Part shown: positions 1 to 12,100 of the stretch, piece after piece
Position numbering within the stretch: the first letter of the stretch is position 1
Layout: the number at the start of each line of letters is the position of its first letter
NCBI GenBank assembly: GCA_002269645.1
Contig: NIVC01002721.1
Coordinates: 1 to 64,000 of the forward strand
DNA: 64,000 bases
DNA from: Macrostomum lignano
Taxonomy: Eukaryota
Direction: 5' to 3'
The notes under the pieces: generated by a model
Seen by the model: the letters and a program-made list of their open reading frames with translations, nothing else
Told to the model about the DNA's origin: nothing
Database searches by the model: none
Position numbers and translations under genes: made by a program

Positions 1-129
1 ATATTAAACACAAGAAGTCATCCATCCCCAACCAAAGATATACTCAGCTCAACATTGAAAAGTCGCACACTGGCCAACCATCTATATTTGATGAAAAATG
101 CTTGAAAAAACAATGAAAACCGGGCGGAA

Positions 130-215
130 GCTTCAATCTATCCAATCTTCGCCCTCCGCTCTTCCCAATCCCTCCTCACCCAGCTCAACTCCGCGTCACG
201 TGACACGTGGCGCAA
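130..215. promoter_or_regulatory. Promoter-like patch: CCAAT-like motifs plus overlapping E-boxes GTCACGTGAC/CACGTG
   Basis: GTCACGTGACACGTGG at 195-210 and CCAAT motifs at ~142 and ~165. No associated gene is visible in the window. Confidence 0.25.
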
Positions 216-545
216 GTTGGTCACTCAAAACTCAATAAATACTGAGCTAGAATTTACTGCGCGCTCTATCAAAGGTGGCGACTTTTTAATGTTGTTTGAG
301 TATATTTAAACACTGGGATCTTAAATAAATGTAATTTCGTTATAGAGACAAACTACTTACTATAACTACAGGACTATAAAATGCTAGTCGACTTATTAAA
401 TCAGTAAAATAATGGCTAATTGAATGATTGATCTCAACTGGCCGCCATCCTGATGCGGTACAGATGACAGTCGGAACTGCCAGCTGTGCAAGCAGCAATG
501 CTCAGGGTGCCGTGAGCAGAGCTGATTCATCGACATCATCAGGCG

Positions 546-3500
546 TCAGCTCGATTCGCAATAGGCTGATAGGTTGGGCACTATCGTTACCGTTAAGGTG
601 ACGATAACTGACTCGTTGCCTAGCAACAGAGCGGCGCCAATGTCCGATACGGAGGTAGGCGGTGACTTTGACCCCGCAGTGTAGGTGGCCTGCCGAAGAA
701 ATTCGAAGATGGAAAACCTACAGCTAATATAATTTTTCGATTTATATTTGCATAGATAGATTCTGGGTCTCTGTAGTTACTGGGATCAATCTAACCCAAC
801 ATGGATTGGGGTGTCGCACTAGAGATAGAACTTAACATGTGATGTCTGAGTCTGACTGAACAGGAGATCCGGATCGTGAGATCTCAGACTAATAGATCCG
901 AGCCATGAGATCTCAATAGAAATCCCAAACGTAAGATCTGAGACTAAGATCTCACGTAAGATACCAGACTAGAGATCCCGACCGTGAGCTGTTAGACTAA
1001 GAGATCCAACCGTGAGCCTCAGACTAAGAGATCCCAACCGTGAGCCCTAGACTAAGAGATCCCAACCGTGAGCCCTCAGACTAAGAGATCCCAACCGTGA
1101 GCCCTCAGACTAAGAGATCCCAACCGTGAGCCCTCAGACTAAGAGATCCCAACCGTGAGCCCTCAGACTAAGAGATCCCAACCGTGAGCCCTCAGACTAA
1201 GAGATCCCAACCGTGAGCTCTCAGACAGACGTATACACTCCTCAAGCAATGTACAAAGTAAAAAAACCGAAAAAATCCCTCACGAAAAAATCCCTCACCT
1301 TCGAACAGAGTAAACTCGAATCCTTGACGTAGAAAATCCCATAGCAACCAGGCTGCAACAGCCGCAATTGCCATCGTAGGCGGCCACAGCGGTGCAAAAC
1401 TCTCCAGGAGACAGGTGAGAAACTGGCAGCTCCCTACAAGAAATGTCCCCATTAGTGTCCGTGGACAGGTCGATAGCCAATACGGCAGGTCGTCTCCAAT
1501 CCGTTACTAAAAGTAAGCAGAACGGCGAAGCCAAACAGCCGGACAATAGGCGAATTTTCGGCCACCGAGCTCGGGTTTCAGCCAAAGCGGCGCCAAATCG
1601 AGGCGTAAGGCGCGCCGGAGCGGTCAGCTGTCGATGAGTCGGTAGGCGCCAGACTCGGTTCTGCAGATCCTGCGTGATGAGGACGATAAGCTGTGAGGAG
1701 CCGCTGGTTACTAGGCGCCATTGCAGAGCATCCGAGTCTATCTGGCAGGTGCTGGAAGGCTGACACCTTCAATTAGAGTGTGCCAGGCCACCTGCGGGTG
1801 GTTTATTATGGAATTATAATTGCATATATAACTAAAAGGCGGATGGAGAAACAGGGACCGCTCAAACAGTCACAGGTGCGGAACAGAAAGTCACAGGTAC
1901 ATAAAAGACAGTCACAGGTGCAGAACAGACAGACAGTCACAGGTGCTGCACAGACAGGTGTAAAACAGACCTCAGATCAACAACCGCAGTCCCTGGCCAA
2001 TCAGCATTATCGCCGCCATCTCTGTACACCAGCCGGTAGCAGTAGAGCCTTTTCAGCCGAGCAGGCGACCAGTCGTTGCCAATCAACGAGATCCCAAGCC
2101 CGGGCCACGTAGCCCAGACTCCTTGACAGCTCCATCTTGGCTTGGAAATTGTTCAACCGAACTCGAATCAGATCTAATCGACTCTCAGTTAGCGAGGCCT
2201 CCAGCACAGCACGAGAAACTGTCGACCCTCTGCCGGCAGTCGAATTGCCCTCGTGCCGTGGCCAATTTAGTCCGACACCCGGGCGAAAAGGCGGCAACAT
2301 CAAAGAGCTCAACTGGCGAGTCAGCAGCGCAAGGATCCGAAGCCGCGCCTGCGAACAATCGGCCTCGATAATCGGCTAAACAGGCGGCCAGCACAACCTG
2401 ATACCTGCCGAACAATTCCAGTCCCGTGATTGGCCGATTAACGCCAGGTATGGCTACTAGATCGTGCACGTAGCTAGTTGTCGCCATGGCAACCGGGTGG
2501 CAACGTTGAGCTAAACGGTGACTGCGTAGCATTAATCTGGCCAAGGAAGACGATGGTTCGAGAGTAGACTCTGGTGCAGCCTCACGACAATCGATTTGAT
2601 GCAGACACTGAGGCCTTGGTAACGTTGCCTTGGCAACCGAAGGCCACCACAGCTCACTCTGACTAGCAATAGTAAAATCTATTAGATGGCACCAGTCGGT
2701 AGATACTAAACGAAGACGCTGCAACTCCTGAGGCTGAGGGCGCGGCAGCTGATGACAACAGCTGAATAGTACATGACTGAAGATTCGATGCCAAACTTCT
2801 GGCGGCAGTTGCAACGTTGCGGCTTGATTAGAGACAGCCTATGAAGAATCGGTATGCACATGCATTGCTAGTTAAATACGTCCTACTATTCCAAGACGTC
2901 TACCAACTTAAGCGGCAGTACTTCAAACTGATTATTAGCTGCTTCCCTTAACTTTTAATGGGTTCCTCAACCCATTAAATTGAAGCTGATTGGCTGGTTC
3001 CTCAACCTATTAAATTGAAGCTGATTGGCTGGTTCCTCTACCTATTAAATTGAAGCTGATTGGCTGGTTCCTCAACCTATTAAATTGAAGCTGATTGGCT
3101 GGTTCCTCAACCTATTAAATTGAAGCTGATTGGCTGGTTCCTCAACCCATTAAATTGAAGCTGATTGGCTGGTTCCTCAACCTATTAAATTGAAGCTGAT
3201 TGGCTGGTTCCTCTACCTATTAAATTGAAGCTGATTGGCTGGTTCCTCAACCTATTAAATTGAAGCTGATTGGCTGGTTCCTCAACCTATTAAATTGAAG
3301 CTGATTGGCTGGTTCCTCAACCTATTAAATTGAAGCTGATTGGCTGGTTCCTCAACCTATTAAATTGAAGCTGATTGGCTGGTTCCTCAACCTATTAAAT
3401 TGAAGCTGATTGGCTGGTTCCTCAAACAATTAAATTGAAGCTGATTGGCTGGTTCCTCAACCTATTAAATTGAAGCTGATTGGCTGGTTCCTCAACCTAT

Positions 3501-4283
3501 TAAATTGAAGCTGATTGGCTGGTTCCTCAACCTATTAAATTGAAGCTGATTGGCTGGTTCCTCAACTTATTAAATTGAAGCTGATTGGCTGGTTCCTCAA
3601 CCAGTTAAATTGAAGCTGATTGGCTGGTTCCTCAACCCGTTAAATTGAAGCTGATTGGCTGGTTCCTCAACCTATTAAATTGAAGCTGATTGGCTGGTTC
3701 CTCAAACAATTAAATTGAAGCTGATTGGCTGGTTCCTCAACCTATTAAATTGAAGCTGATTGGCTGGTTCCTCAACCTATTAAATTGAAGCTGATTGGCT
3801 GGTTCCTCAACCTATTAAATTGAAGCTGATTGGCTGGTTCCTCAACTTATTAAATTGAAGCTGATTGGCTGGTTCCTCAACCAGTTAAATTGAAGCTGAT
3901 TGGCTGGTTCCTCAACCCGTTAAATTGAAGCTGATTGGCTGGTTCCTCAACCCGTTAAATTGAAGCTAATTGGCTGGTTCCTCAACCCGTTAAATTGAAG
4001 GTGATTGGCTGGCTCCTCAACCCATTAAATTGAAGCTGATTTGCTGGTTTCTGAACTCATTAAATTGAAGCTGATTGACTGGTTCCTCAACCTATTAATT
4101 TGAAGCTGATTGGCTGGTTCTTCAACCAATAAATTGAAAGCTAATTGCCGGTGTACATTTAGATACAGCAATTCTTACCTTGCAATCCACCTGCTGCACA
4201 TCAGGCGAATCAATAGCTACATCATTAAGCGAGTTCTGCAATTGAAAGTTCAACGGAGCAAGCCGACTTTTCTTGCCTGACAT
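546..4283 (-). CDS. F-box protein with a probable beta-propeller-like C-terminus. Exons 4283-4179, 2838-~2213/2227, ~2135/2140-1971, 1766-1299 and a tentative last exon 717-546
   Basis: ATG at 4283 gives MSGKKSRLAP...VDCK|gtaag, joining in phase 0 to ag|AVSNQAATLQLPPEVWHRIFSHV...LQRLRLVSTDWCHLID (F-box motif LP.E.W..IF..L...LRLVS..W). The phase 2-2 exon 1766-1299 reads CQPSSTCQIDSDALQWRL...LVAMGFSTSRIRVYSVR. The internal junction near 2140-2230 and the last exon are uncertain. Confidence 0.75.
860..1230. repeat. 29-bp minisatellite (AGACTAAGAGATCCCAACCGTGAGCCCTC) in an F-box intron
   Basis: About 8 near-identical copies at 990-1225, preceded by degenerate copies. Confidence 0.95.
1865..1970. 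repeat. Short degenerate ACAGTCACAGGT repeats in the 204-bp F-box intron
   Basis: About 4-5 imperfect copies. Confidence 0.6.
2960..4140. repeat. 35-bp minisatellite (CCTCAACCTATTAAATTGAAGCTGATTGGCTGGTT), ~33 copies, filling F-box intron 1
   Basis: Direct tandem copies. Each unit contains CTGATTGGCTGG. Confidence 0.97.
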
Positions 4284-6170
4284 TCTGTTGTCAAATAGCT
4301 AAGCTGAAATGAAAGACGTGGGGTAAAAAAAGATTCTACGATGCGTCTATTCATACTTCTAAAAGTAGAAAAGCACGCGTTTTTAGTAAATAAAACATCA
4401 AAGTCAGCGAGACTTCCGATTAACAATAATCACAAGCTATTGATATATAATTTCAATTTTTCTTGAGTTACTCTTTAGTTTTCTACGTTAGCGAGTAGAT
4501 TATATCGCGAATATTAACTATTTTTTTCATGTAAAAAGAGACGAGAAAGACTGCTAAGTAGCAACGCTGAAATTGGGCAGAACTATAAATAGTCATACTC
4601 AAATCTATATTTGATGTTTTGCAAGCGCCAGTGTATTGTCTGTCAGAATCTATCCGTGAAAACAAGATTGTAAGCGGCTACATATAGTGCAATAAAAGCT
4701 TTGCGATAAAACATTTTTATAAAAATATAATTTTGTTATAATGTAAAAATTGAAGCCCTCTTCAAATTATTTAATTGGTTTATCAACGCAGTGTAACACG
4801 CAGTTTTTATTAAATTATAGAATAAAAGCTGACAAAAAATAACAAATAAAACAAACGAGACTATACTTTCAGCATTAATGCATTTGTAGATTTGTTATAT
4901 ATAATTATTAGACAGCATACGTGGCAAGCAGGGTATATTTCTAACGATTATTCTCTTCTAAGGCGAGTTTAAAGGCGAGCTCAAAGAATGATAACGGTTA
5001 TTTTTTAATAATGCTTATCACTAGCGTATCGCATAATAAAATATGTATACTTGTTAATTAAGAAAATATAACTGCGCGATCCATTAGATTATTTTCCAGC
5101 TGCGACTATTTATAGAAACAAAAAATCGATTTTTGACGGGATTCCCAAACTTTTTCTCTCTGAATTGTAGGTCAGGCATGGGCGAGCCACGGCATAGCCA
5201 AATAGAATCATGCGGCCACCTCGTGGGCTTTCTAGAAATTTCACTACAGCCTATGTACACTGAAAGAGACGTTTGTCATCAACCCCTGCCCCCTTATCTT
5301 ATCTCTTCTTATTGGCTGAAAAAATCGCACGTAGCATATGCAACAACCAATATTACTACTATCATCAGTAATATGATAATAAGTCTGTGCTGGCGTGTTG
5401 TCATTTGACGAAACAGCTGTCACGTGACTTGTGCTCAGAGTTAATCATAATTATTATTGTCACCCTGTCTCAGCAATATTTAGAAAATTATATACAGTAA
5501 ATTCTGTCGCGAAAATACACATTTTAAGGCAAATAAGCTTATAAAATTACTCAGTAGCAGCAGTAGTAGTATGTTGTGCAATTTTTCATAATTAATAAAT
5601 ATAATACACGGGAAAAGCAGGCTGAGAGACGTTCATACAAAAATCTGGTAAAACGTGTGTTGCGGGAAAGCCAGAAGCAATAAGGACACTAGTAAACATA
5701 ATTCGAATATTTAATTATGCCACATGCACTGTACTTGTACAAAATATTTTTCAATCTAATTTGAACAGACAGAGTTTGGCCCACTTCCTCTAGTAAGTTC
5801 CCCCTCCCCTTGCAAACACCTTGATTAATTAGCACCAACATCAAGCATTTAGGCGATAATGATTAAAAATCGTATAAAAAAATCACCGCACAAAAGGATC
5901 AAATGAATTCGCTAGCTTCTTAATATGTGTAGTGACAAGCCATTTCAAGTTCCTCGGGTTTGCAGCTATAAACAATCATGGGGTAGAGATAGAACGAATT
6001 AATATTTCGACTTATATACTACTGTTAAGAGTAATCACTAATCAGTCTAGCTCATAAAAAGTCAACAAAGTGACCATGAAAATAAAGTAGTTGTAGGGTT
6101 TGCTGTTCTCAAAAATAGGCCTCTTCGATTTTTCCTTTCGAAACAGCCGAGATGTAGAGCAAAAGTGACA

Positions 6171-9100
6171 CTACTGGCTGATTGCTGAGCTGAGTTTCTC
6201 GACCTGCAAATTTTATTTTAAGTTAATTTGCAGGTAAACAGTGTAAATACAGTTCAATATTTATATTCCTACCGACGTTATGCAAATTCAGAAACGAAAT
6301 AAAAATGTCAATATTTCTACTTACAGTAGACTGGTTACCTAAACTTAAAAAATTAATGTTAAACTAAATAATAATCAATTCAAATACGACTCACCCATTC
6401 AGTGGCTAGCTTAGGCGTATTAGCGTACAATCGAATCACTCGTTGATTAGATTTCACCAATTCAAAGAAGGCCGCCTCCGGCACTTTGCTCGGCGCGCCG
6501 GCCGGAGCGCGGCCGGACAGTCGGACAGAGTGCAACTCGGCCAGGCTGAGTTCGGACGCCCGGCTGCCCGACGGGTCACGATGAGCGTCCCAATAGCGCA
6601 GTTGATGACGCACCGGATCGAGAACGAACTGCCTAGGCGCCCACTGTTTGAGCAGCTTTCCCTGCTTGTGCAGCGTCGCTTCGAGACTGCCAGACCCCAG
6701 CGTCGGTTTCGTAGAAAGCGGCATTGTTGACATTGTCGACGACGGTCGTTTAGGCGGCGGCGGACGAATCGGCGGTCGCTGCGGAGCAGCCACAAACGGA
6801 GAGGCGGCAGATTCGACATCTTCGGGTGAAGTTCTGGTCGGTTCCGGTGCTGAAGGAGTCAAAATCTGCGGCGGCGGAGGACGAACTGGCGGGGTTGGTC
6901 CTGACACCACCGATGCTGCCATCCCTGCCGCTGTTGTTGTGCTGGCCGCCGTTGATGTCACCGGTGTTGCAGCTGCAGAGGTGTTCAACAGTGCTCGTGA
7001 GAGCAGTTGCCGACTCTGGTCGATGTGCCACCGCTTGGCAGCGATCGCCGCCGCTGCCGCGTTTGCGTCTCCGCCGTCGGCGCCGCCTACGGCAATTAAC
7101 GCCGACGGACTATTTTGTCGACGTCTTCGTCGTTGGTGCCGTAGACGAATCGACGTCGCCTTACGATGCAGTCGATGCCAAACGTCTAGACAGTCGATAC
7201 CATTGATGGCAGCCAGCTCTTCAATAGCGGAGCCCAGCTTGGATGCACCGTCGGCATAGTAGTTGTAGCCTAGTTCGACCTCTTCATCGACGGCCTGTTG
7301 CTGTTCCTGTTGACGATCCAATTGCTGTTCGGCAGCTGCGGCCGCTTCGGCTGCTACGGCGGCGGCGTCTTTCATTGACGAAGCTGATTTGGCTTCGGTG
7401 GCGGCCAGGTGCCAGCGACGCTCCTGGCTGTACAGATCTGGGTCTGCGCTGGCACCGTAGGCGGCCTCTTCGCGAGTAAAATAGGTCCATCTGGATTTGT
7501 GAAAAAAACAAGGAATCCATTCACGTCTGGCGTGATTCTATTGGCTGTTAGGAGCTGGCGTGATTCTATTGGCTGTGCGGTGCTGGCGTGATTCTATTGG
7601 CTGTACGGGGGTGGCGTGATTCTATTGGCTGTTAGGAGCTGGCGTGATTCTATTGGCTGTGCGGTGCTGGCGTGATTCTATTGGCTGTACGGGTGTGGCG
7701 TGATTCTATGGCTGTGCGATTCTATTGGCTGTTAGGAGCTGGCGTGATTCTATTGGCTGTGCGGGCTGGTGTTATTCTATTGGCTATTCCTTATCTGTGA
7801 TTTCAGAAATTGCATTTGTATACCGTTGAAGCAGGGCCTGAGCAGTCACAGGTCGCAGCACAGCTGTCAGTCTCTGCTGTTTATTTTGTTTTCTACTTTG
7901 CCGATTAGCCGAGCCTTCGCCAGCAGCAGCCGCAGCCATTTCGGGAGCGTAGGCAAGATTTAGATATGCAGTAGATACTGCCATTTGCGTGTCTAAATAA
8001 GCCCAAAAATCTGCGCTACCAATATCCGCATAGAGCCTATCGAGTTCGCAATTTCCTAGAAAGTTTGCAAATCTGCAGCCGACAGTGTGATAGGCCAAAG
8101 TAAGCAGGAAGTGCTGATTGAATTCAAACGACAACGGGAACTGATGAAGCAGCTGGTGGACGGAGTCTAGGAATAGGAGAAATACGGGCGCGAAGTGGCC
8201 GCTCTCGGGGCCTTTTAATCGGCCAAATCTGAAGCAAAGAAAAGAAATTATCTTTTATTTAACGGAAGTACCTATGTAGCTACCGGAATAGCCTATTTAG
8301 CTACTCAAATGCCCGCAAATACTTAGCTACCTGATATGCGCCTATGTAGCTAGCTAACGTGCCCATTCAGCCACCGCAAGCGCCATTCTAGCAACCGGAA
8401 GGGCTATTCTAACCACCGAAGTGCCATTTTAATAACCGGAAGCGCCATTCTAGCAACCGGAAGGGCTATTTTAACCACCGAAGTGAAATTCTAGCAACCA
8501 AAAGGGCTATTCTAACCACCGAAGTGCTATTCTAGCAACCGGAAGGGCTATTCTAGCAACCGGAAGGGCTATTCTAGCAACCGAAAGGGCCATTCCAGCA
8601 ACCAAAAGGGCTATTCTAACCACCGAAGTGCTATTCTAGCAACCGGAAGGGCTATTCTAGCAACCGGAAGTGCCATTCTAGCAACCGAAAGGGCCATTCT
8701 AGCAACCGGAAGTGCCATTATAGCAACCGGAAGGGCTATTCTAGCAACCAGAAGGGCTATTCTAGCAACCGGAAGGGCTAATCTAGCAACCGGAAGGGCT
8801 ATTCTAGCAACCGGAAGTGCCATTCTAGCAACCGGAAGGGCTCTTCTAGCAACCGGAAGTGCCATTCTAGCAACCGGAAGGGCCATTCTAGCAACCGGAA
8901 GGGCTATTCTAGCAACCGGAAGGGCTATTCTAGCAACCGGAAGGGCTATTCTAGCAACCGAAAGGGCCATTCTAGCAACCGGAAGTGCAATTCTAGCAAC
9001 CGGAAGGGCTATTCTAGCAACCGGAAGTGCCATTCTAGCAGCAACCGGAAGGGCCATTCTAGCAACCGGAAGGGCCATTCTAGCAACCGGAAGGGCCATT

Positions 9101-12100
9101 CTAGCAGCCAGAAGGGCTATTCTAGCAACCGGAAGGGCTATTCTAGCAACCGAAAGGATTATTATAACCATCAAAGTGCCATTTTAACAACCGGAAGTGC
9201 AATTCTAGCCACCAAAGTGACAGTTTGACGATATAATGACTACAAAGTGCCTATAATGTAAGCACCATTATAGCAACCGGAAGTGCCCCTACTAGCCTCC
9301 GGAAGTGCTATTCTAGCAACCGGAAAGGACATTCTAGCAACACTCTATGCCACTCTAGCCACCGGAAGTGTCATTTTAGCCACAAAGTGCTATTCCATGA
9401 ATCAGAACTAGAACAGATATCCCCTACCGGAAGTGCCAATGCCAATACTTTCCCACCTGGCATCAAACTGATGGCCAAACAGCAGCCAGTCCTTCTCCAA
9501 CAGAGATCGAAAACCGGCAATAGTTCGGTAGTGCTGATCGAGCATGATCTGCGACAGCGACAGCACGGCAGCGGTGGAATCCCAGCCGTCTTCCAGCGCC
9601 AACAGAACCGAGCGAGCCTGACAAGCCACAAGATTTACAACAGCGCCGGCTAAATCCAATAGGCATTGCACTAAACTCAACCATTTGGTGTCTTCAAAGG
9701 CGTGTAGGAAGCTTTTCTTAGATTTGCCGGCCCCGCCGGTGGTCGAATAGAGCAATAACGGTTTGCCAGGTAAGCAGACTTTAATTAGACGCTTGTACGA
9801 GTCGCGAATTGCGTGAGCTGTTGGATAATCGTCTATTGGTACCAGTTCTGCGCCTTCGATGCGGTGAGCACGGATCTGCGGGTTCAGCAGCATTGATGAC
9901 AATAATATAGTAGAGGAAAACACTGACAGATATTCTAGAGAACAAGTGCGCTATTGGCTTAAATAGAGGGGAGGATTACGGATTTGAAATCGGGATTCGG
10001 TTTGGAGAGATTAGAGATAGGGAATAGAGAGATTAGATTAGATAGCTATGGACTGGGGAAATTAGATAATGGGATTGAAGGGATTAGAGATCAGGATTGA
10101 GGTGAGAAGGTGAGGTGAGATTAGAGATTGGAGATTCAAATTAGGATTAGATAATGAGATTGGGGGATTAGAGAGTGGGCTTAGAGAGATCAGATAGATT
10201 GGGATTGGGCAGATTAAACGATGGGATTGAAGGGATTAGAGAGTAGGATTGGAGAGATCAGATAGATTGGGATTGGGCAGATTAAACGATGGGATTGAAG
10301 GGATTAGAGAGTAGGATTGGAGAGATCAGATAGATTGGGATTGGGCAGATTAAACGATGGGATTGAAGGGATTAGAGAGTAGGATTGTAGAGATTAAATC
10401 CTGGTACTGCAGAGATTAAACAAAAAAATTAAGATTAGACATTGAGATCAGATTAAGTTGAGTTAGATCGCGGACAGAAGCATACTGTGTAATCCATATT
10501 CAAAATGACTATTTTATTTTTTAAATTTGCCAACGCACCTTAGCAACAGCCGATCGATCAGTGAATATGTATAGATGAATTTTTGTTTGACTGCCGGAGC
10601 CAACAACCGGCTCAAGACTGGAGCTGGACAGGCGAGTGTCCGGGCCCATTGATGCCGGAGACCTGCTGCCTGTAGAGGGCAGTGTGGGGATGAGAGATTT
10701 TATAGATTTATATACATAATTAATTGCTCTCTTCAGGAGTACAGAGTGTGCAACATTTTAATTTGACATCTCCCTATCTCACTATTCATCTTTTTCATAT
10801 CACTGTTAATCTCACTCCCCAAATCTCACTGTCAATCTCACCCAAATCTCAGTGTCAACGTGACATAAATCTCACTGTCATCCCTCCCCAAATCTCACCC
10901 AAAATCTCACTGTCAGTCTGTCCCAAATCTCACTGTCAATCTGACCCAAATCTCACTGTCAACGTGACATAAATCTCACTGTCAACGTAACATAAATCTC
11001 ACTGTCAATCTCACCCAAATCTCACTGTTCATCTCACCCAAATCTCACTGTCAATCTGACTCAAAATCTCTGTCAATTTGACTCGAAATCTCACTGTAAA
11101 TTTCACTCCAAATCTCACTCGCAATCTCTCCCTAATTTCACTCCCCAAATCTCACTGTCAATCTCACCCCAACTCTCACTCCAAATCTCACTGTCAATCT
11201 GACCCAAATCTCACTGTCAACGTGACATAAATCTCACTGTTAATCTGACCCAAATATGACTGACAATCTCACTCCACAAATCTCACTGTCAATCTGACCC
11301 AAATCTCACTGTCAACGTGACATAAATCTCACTGTCAATCTGACCCAAATCTCACTGTCAATCTGACCCAAATCTCACTGTCAATCTGACCCAAATCTCA
11401 CTGTCAACGTGACATAAATCTCACTGTCAATCTCACTGTCAATCTCACCCAAATCTCACCGTCAATCTCGCTCGAGTATATACACAAAGTATTGACATAA
11501 ATACTGATTGATTGACATCCAGAATTTAATTGATAAAACGCACTTCATTGACGCAGTCGCAAAAAAATTAGAGTTGCGCCAATTTAAAAGTTGACTCATA
11601 AAATTATTGTTATAAAACACGCAGATCTGTTACGATTTCTAAGAAACGTTCAAAATAAGCTTTAATTATTATATTATTAAATAACCAATCGATTTAAAAA
11701 TTAATCTGTCCGACTAACTTCGTTAAATACTCGAATTTTGACTACAACTACCAGCTTTGATTTATACTACTTAGCTGCGTAGAAAATTAGTAGTACTTAT
11801 TATAAATTTATATTGTAGTTTAAACTATAAAATTAAATCGCATTTGTAAAATAATTAATCCGCTAGGAAGCAAACTGTACATGCGATACGGATATTGGTA
11901 AATATTGTAATATAGTCAATATTAATATTTCAATACCAAAGTTAAGCGTTAGATTCTTGCTGTTACGGTTAGATAATCCAAACGAAGAGCTCGCATCGCC
12001 ACTAAGGGTTAGAGATCTGCCAAAATGATTAGCTTCATCAGCCTCCAATTTAGGCAGCTTCCCAGCATATTGATTTCTGTTAGGCTTGTTAGAAGCTCGC

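Noticed and set aside
5419-5428. GTCACGTGAC CLEAR-like element as evidence of a lysosomal regulon
   Set aside because: A single 10-mer that is not upstream of SBF or HPS5; insufficient support.
7525-7790. CRISPR-like repeat-spacer pattern
   Set aside because: Spacers are only 8 nt and recur, the context is a eukaryotic intron, and there are no cas genes.
9400-9456. Idea that the 21-bp array derives from a duplicated exon-intron junction (ACCGGAAGTGCC at ~9426)
   Set aside because: The phase-compatible donor is at 9456 (HQFDAR|FGRL), so the match is intronic and just the degenerate edge of the array.
9457-9875. Active lipid phosphatase
   Set aside because: The catalytic CX5R is replaced by LEDGWDS.
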